Below are positions 58,307-64,000 of a DNA stretch of 64,000 nucleotides, in pieces. Position 1 is the stretch's first letter. Each line of letters starts with the position of its first letter. The stretch is taken from the NCBI GenBank assembly GCA_030295235.1, contig AP026151.1, positions 186,001 to 250,000 of the forward strand, given 5' to 3'. This DNA is from Fistulifera solaris. Its lineage: Eukaryota. The position numbers and the translations under genes were made by a program. Below the pieces are notes generated by a model that ran no database searches, had not been told where the DNA came from, and worked only from the letters and a program-made list of their open reading frames with translations.

Positions 58307-61190
58307 ATGTCGATCATTGAAACGAAGGAGCGACGATCATTCGTCACGATTATGCAAAAATATGGGGCACTTCCTCCAACCGGTCCGTATGATTTTGAAA
58401 AGTTTCTCTATGACAAACCGATCCCTGAGGATGATCACGAGGAGCTTCTCCGCAGCATCGCTTTTGTGTAATGCGATCGAAAGCTCTTACGAGATGTCAG
58501 CAAGCACGGAGAAAGCCCTTGCTACGTGTGCACTTGCTGCAAAACGTTCTCACTTAAGTTCAAGGAAGAAAACGGCGAACTTCGATTGCTACACGACCAT
58601 CCTAGTACTAACTTCAGGCACAGTTTGTTTTGCACTCCAACAAACGACCTCCCAAAGGACTGCCGCAGAAAATCAATGATAGTGCAGAACATTCCTGCTG
58701 TTCAAGACTTCTTCAAAACATGCTTCCAGGCACCAAACTTCGACAGTCATGCTACTCGCAAGAATCTCAACGCCGTCCTCAGGAAAGAGGGTTTCGACAT
58801 CGAAGTTGGCCCGACAATGCATTCAAATCTCAAGAAACACTTCCGTGAGGTCTACCCGAAAGGATTTGTTGATGTACAATGAGCTGTTGGCCCAGTATCT
58901 TCGGAAATATGTCGAGCTAAATCCAAATGCCTCCGTCAATTTAGAAACTGACCAGAACTCATGCTTTTTTCGGTCAACTGTGTTCATTGAGAATGCCGCG
59001 CACTTCTTTAGAAATGCCTGCATTCCTGCAATCTTTTAGACGGAACACACATCCGTATACCCGAACACGATGGAATTGGAGTCCCGATCATAGGGGTCGA
59101 TGGAAATGGAAGTAACATTCCACTTGGTTTTGGGTTGATTCCCTCGGAAAACAAGCAAGGGATGATATATATCCTTCTCATGATGTATCAAGCTGGGTTC
59201 AATTTCGAAGAGTTTCCAGTATTCACTGACCGAGGACACATTCTCGCCGCTGTCCGAGCGTTGGCAGAACATTATGGACTGGTTGTTTCCGTGAAGTATT
59301 GCTTGATTCATATTCTTCAAACATTTACCATCTATTCAATATCAATCAACGATCGCTGAGAGGGCAGAGCGGTCGCTTGGTTTATACAGCGAGATGCAAA
59401 GCGCTCCAGATGTTAACGCCTTCTTGGATGCTGCGAAGAAGCTTGTCAAAGCGCTTCCACAAATTGAAGAAAACGAAACTCTTAGTACCGGTGCGCTTAA
59501 TTGTTATCTATGTTCTTGGGACAATTCATCCTACTCATTGGACTGTGTTTGGAAATACACCGAGTCAACATGAATCTATGTGGGAGCCCCTATATTTTAC
59601 CTATCTAGCTGAAGTGAATGGCTTCACAGAGATAAGTGGAGACGTCGACGAATGGAGGTGGTTGCTCAACGATCACGTGCCAGTTGGAAACAAGTTCCCT
59701 TTATATGGTTTCTGTTCAACAAATCATGTCGAATCGGCCCAGCAGTGGCTTCTACATCATGAAGTGAGGACTAATACCCCTCCACTAGCCATTTCTAACT
59801 TTTTTGATGGCGGCTGCCGAATCTCTTCGACAATTTCGAGATGAAATAACAACCAAATCTGCTAGGTTCCTCACCATATACTTTCGGAAGCTTGCAAGAT
59901 ACAGGCAATGAAGATCTAGATTTTGTAATAGAGGATGCTGAAGGATGCCCCGATGGCAGTTTGAAATTCAAATTGTACTGAAAAGCACAAGAAGACGGAG
60001 TATGTTACTTATGAACCCACGAGCACTCCGTCCCTGTACTGCTCCTGCAGTAGAACAGCGATGCGGGAAATCTACTGCGGCCACATCAACCTTGTTTCAC
60101 GCATTACAAGATCCTCAACTTGGCCCTCAATCCCACCCTCTGTGTTTTCGCGAATTCTACGAAGAGTTTGGAAAAGTTCCGACAAGTGGTGATCGCCGGC
60201 TTCCTTACAGAGTTTCTTAACAACTATCCGCTGACTTGACGTCCCGGGATTTGGGGATATCAAGCTTGCTTATCAATCAGAAAACATTTATCCATCACCA
60301 ACTTACACTGACAAGCTTAACTCGGGGAACAGAATAATCAGTAATGGTGAACCGGGACCACGTAAGTCAAAGAAAAAGAAGCAATCGGGCGCTGGAATCA
60401 GCACGAATGACAAAGGAGTATGAGCCAAGTTCAAAGAACAAGCTCAGTCGAAATAACGATGCAATAGCAGAAGCGATTGCCGCCGATGGTCTGTTTGATT
60501 TTGGGACCAAACCAAAGGCGAACACATGCAACAGCTAGAATCAACTCTTGGACGCAAACGTAGAGACGGCAAGCCCTTACCTCGGCACTGCTTTCACTGC
60601 AGATCACCGAATCACACAATTCGACAGTGTCTGGACTACCTCAAAGATGATCGAAGGTACATGGATCCTGCATTACTTGAAACTGGCGCAATTCTGGTCA
60701 ACCATTTCCCAACATGCGTCATTGACATGGATGCAGGAATTACTTCTGAAGATTTGGACAACGATGATACCTCCGGAGGACATGGCCTTCACAATATTGA
60801 CAAGATTGGCTTAGTAGAAGACTCTGATGCAGCCAATGCCATTGTCCAGTCACGGATTTTAAAGCTTACTGGAGAAGACGCTGCAGAAATTCACGCTGAA
60901 GACGACAACGAAAATAACTATCTTCTGGATATGGACCTTGCTCCGTCAGGTAGTAACCGAGATATTGTAGTAATTATTCGTGACAAGGATTACACGGAAA
61001 GAAGAAGTCACGAACAAGAATTGACCATGGTTGATGATGTCGAGGTAGGCATCCATGACGATTCCCGTCTGAACAGTGCACACTCGGGTCATCTGTCGAC
61101 AATTCTAGAGGATGAAGATGTGGAACCAAGCACCGCACATAATGCTTTTGCCTCAAGTCCCGCGAACAACAGAATATTCAGTAAATGAAA
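58307..61190 (+). CDS. MULE transposase (DDE, CxxH, SWIM, Zn knuckle), split across frames
   Basis: LDGTH (~59040), FTDRG (~59225), YCLIH, STNHVES (~59730), SWIM YCSC..YCGH (~60040-60085), CFHCRSPNHTIRQC (~60590). Confidence 0.85.
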
Positions 61191-62699
61191 TGCCAACAAC
61201 TAGAACAAAGAGGAGATCCAAACAAGTAACGAATTTAAAAAGCGCAGAAGGCAAGTCCATCTACCGCAAAGTCATCGATATTGAAGACAGCGACCGCATC
61301 CAGACCGAATTTGAAACCACCGCCGACCACAACAGCTTGTGCTTCCAGTCCAGCAACAACAGATTTTTCATTAGTCAAAATGGCAACGAGAAAGAGGAAA
61401 ACGGCCGAAACAGCCACCAAATCAAAAAGCTGAAGGAACAAGTCCCGCCACAACTGATTCGTCAATCTTTGAGAGGCCGACCATGAAGAGTCAAAATCTG
61501 AAGCCACCACCTGATATCAGAGCTCATGCCTTGACTATCGTAGTCTTCAATGAATGAGAATACAACACAAAAAAGGAAAAGATCGAAACTGACAGCAAAT
61601 TCCAGAGCCAAAGGCCCGACTCATGCCCGTAAAAAAGAAGTTGAAACCGCCACCGATTGCAGAAGCAAAAGCAGGAAGTCCCGCCACAGCAGTTTCTTCC
61701 ATAGTTGAGATGCCAACTATGAAGAGGGGTAATCTGAGAGCACTGCCAAGATCTCATTCAAACAGTCCAACAACCGAAGTATCACGATTCCTGAAGATAT
61801 GATTATAAAGATACCGAAGACAGAACCCACTAATGCAAGTCCCGCCCACGTCTGCTAGTGACGATTCATCACATGTATTTAAAAGGCGATTAGACATCCA
61901 AAAGAAGAATGCAAGTCCCGCCAAATCCGGTAATCTCAGTGACGATTCGTCGCATTTCCTGAAAATGCCGCTAGATCTGCGAAGAAAGAACTTGGCACAA
62001 AATGAAGCGCTCTCAAGTTCATTTTCAGTGGGTATTCCGAAAACCAGAAGAACTCGTGAGAGCTATAACAAGTCCCGCTACTGCCACTAGTGGGACCTCA
62101 TCACAATTCTTGAGAACACCCTTCGACCTGAGACGTAAGATTGTAGATCCCAGAAATGAAAATCAATTTTCATTACGCCGACAACAAGTAAGGCAAATTG
62201 GAGTAGCCCCTTTGCAACCCCCAGTCATTACTGATGAACCATCAAAGATCGTATCCTATTTTTTACGACACAGCTTATCCATTTGTGGGAACCATTGAGC
62301 AATTAAATTGTTTGGTTCAAGAACACGAGTTTGATATTCCAGAATCATTTCACGGAAACGGAAACAAATGATTTAACGATGAAAAGAAGGGCTTCAACCC
62401 GAAAACGCAAGGGCGCAAACCAGCGAGGACTTGTGAGTGAGAACAATATTGCAATCCACGTGCGCTGAATACTCTTGCAGAGACAGCAAAAGGAAAGAAG
62501 TGGAATAGAATCATTTATCACTGTAGGGACAAGAAAGAATGGAAACGATCTGATTTACAACAAAGAAGATGCCAGGGGATCTCTTCGGTCACTCCTTTTT
62601 GCAATCCAGTGCAAAGGGCGTTGATAAAGGTCGCTGAGTCGTCACGACCTGAAGAGGGAAAGAAGCATCATATCAAGGTGCTAGTGGTGCCACGGCATC

Positions 62700-63382
62700 C
62701 ATAACCAGTGAATGCCTTGAAATTATGAACTCGCAATGTTATTTCAATGACGCGATTGTGAACAGTTTCCTTGAAAGCATAACAAGCAAGACCGTGAACG
62801 GATGAGGGAGTTATTGCACACCCGTCGTATGTCATGAGTAATCTGTGGGATTCCGCCAACCAAAATATTAAGAGAGAGGGTAGACTGCAGCTTAGTTCAG
62901 CGTTTGTGGCATTGAATTCTATGACAAAATCGAACAATTTGGGCATTCATTTATTCCCTATGTGCAAGGAGAGGCACTGGTGGTTGATGGTGGTTGATGC
63001 CGATAATCGAAGTTATTTATTCGCTCGACTCCCTCGAAGATCCGGACGATCACTACTCTAATGCTGTCTGGCTTTCAGGTTTATTTAAATTGCGTGCGGT
63101 GAGGCAGCAATTAGAATGCTGGCCAACAAGCGAGCAGCAGGAATCAACATTACCCGATTTCGGCCTCCGTGGGAATACCAAGAAATGCGTCTTCCCAATA
63201 AACTATTGCAACATGATGGCCATAGTTGCGGACCATATGTATGTTTTTATGCGACAATTCTGAAACATGGTCGACGTGCCCTCAATGAGAGGACATGGTT
63301 CCTTGACTCTATTTCGGAGATTGGAGTCGGAGATGATCTCCGACCTTTTGTATTTGATGTTATGTTTCAATTGGCTGAATGA
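62700..63382 (+). CDS. Ulp1/C48 SUMO-protease domain inside the MULE (split across frames)
   Basis: YFNDAIVNSF, ERHWWLMVVD (His), YSLDSL (Asp), QHDGHSCGPYV (Gln and Cys). Confidence 0.85.
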
Positions 63383-63499
63383 CACGTGTATAGAGTAATG
63401 TGTGATATTAATCAACCAAGTCTAGTTTGAAACTGAAATTGTGTAGATTGGGTTTTGATTATTTACACGAAGTAGTTTTCGACGAAAGCCTTGATCGGT

Positions 63500-63645
63500 G
63501 GAAGGTCACGTAGGCTGGGTTTTTCTTTATTGGAAGGTCGCGCCGCTGCATCAGGGTCACGTAGGCTGGTTTTTCTTTATTGACAATTGAGAGCGGTCGC
63601 GCTCGCTGACTTTTCTTTATCAAGAGCGGTCGCGCTCGCTGACTA
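63500..63645. repeat. Subterminal direct repeats of the MULE
   Basis: GGTCACGTAGGCTGG..TTTTCTTTATTG twice and GAGCGGTCGCGCTCGCTGACT twice. Confidence 0.8.
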
Positions 63646-64000
63646 TTGTTTATTGAGGATTTGGTTATCTTAGAGGGGTGATTCATGAATCATCCGGGAC
63701 TGTCATTCATAAGGCTTTGTTACTTTATCGAGCAACCTAAGTAGATTCTAAGTAATTAGTACCACATCCAATGGCGCGTACTCTACTGTAAAGTTGAATG
63801 TAGTCAGTTAACGTCTCTCCTAACGGGAGAGCTATCGGAAGAGGTTCACCCTGGTTGGAGACCTAACGGAAGTCTCCCCCTCCCACAGGCTATGTACAAA
63901 AGCAATATTTGAGATTACAAAAGTACTCCCACGCCACGCTCCCCGCACCAGCACAAAATGAAAATCATCATCATCGTTTTTATTCTAATAACGCCGAGCA

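Larger units (their letters stand above)
58005..63879 (+). mobile_element. Complete Mutator-like element (MULE), 5,875 bp, carrying a Ulp1 protease
   Basis: 131-bp perfect TIRs (58005-58135 and 63749-63879); 9-bp TSD CTCCCACAG (57996-58004 and 63880-63888); internal transposase and protease motifs. Confidence 0.95.

Noticed and set aside
61200..62700. Separate cargo gene inside the MULE
   Set aside because: Low-complexity fragments with short internal repeats (CAAGTCCCGC, AGTGACGATTC); more likely a linker between transposase and Ulp1.

Overview
Gene-dense eukaryotic nuclear DNA with short GT-AG introns, bipartite plastid-targeting presequences and diatom-typical families; most likely a raphid pennate diatom (inference). 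It holds about 29 protein-coding loci. Housekeeping genes include MPI, a rhomboid, NRT2, a TRAPP subunit, Mic10, ABCF2, a GH47 mannosidase, cytochrome c peroxidase, Dpy-30 and a DnaJ protein. Highlights: (i) three paralogous short-tailed myosins with a very divergent Argonaute between two of them, which keeps its guide-binding pocket but lacks the slicer residues; (ii) a complete 5,875-bp Mutator-like transposon (58005-63879) with 131-bp perfect TIRs, a 9-bp TSD, a DDE/SWIM transposase and a Ulp1 protease; (iii) two near-identical ~160-bp non-autonomous Helitron-like elements; (iv) a dispersed family of ~220-bp tandem repeats with a GACTG-N5-CAGTC hairpin core; (v) a tandem pair of degenerate genes resembling bacterial toxin HNH nucleases; (vi) three paralogues of an uncharacterised membrane protein. 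Many genes carry single-base frameshifts, probably uncorrected assembly errors, so gene ends are approximate. All calls come from reading motifs by eye; no searches were run.
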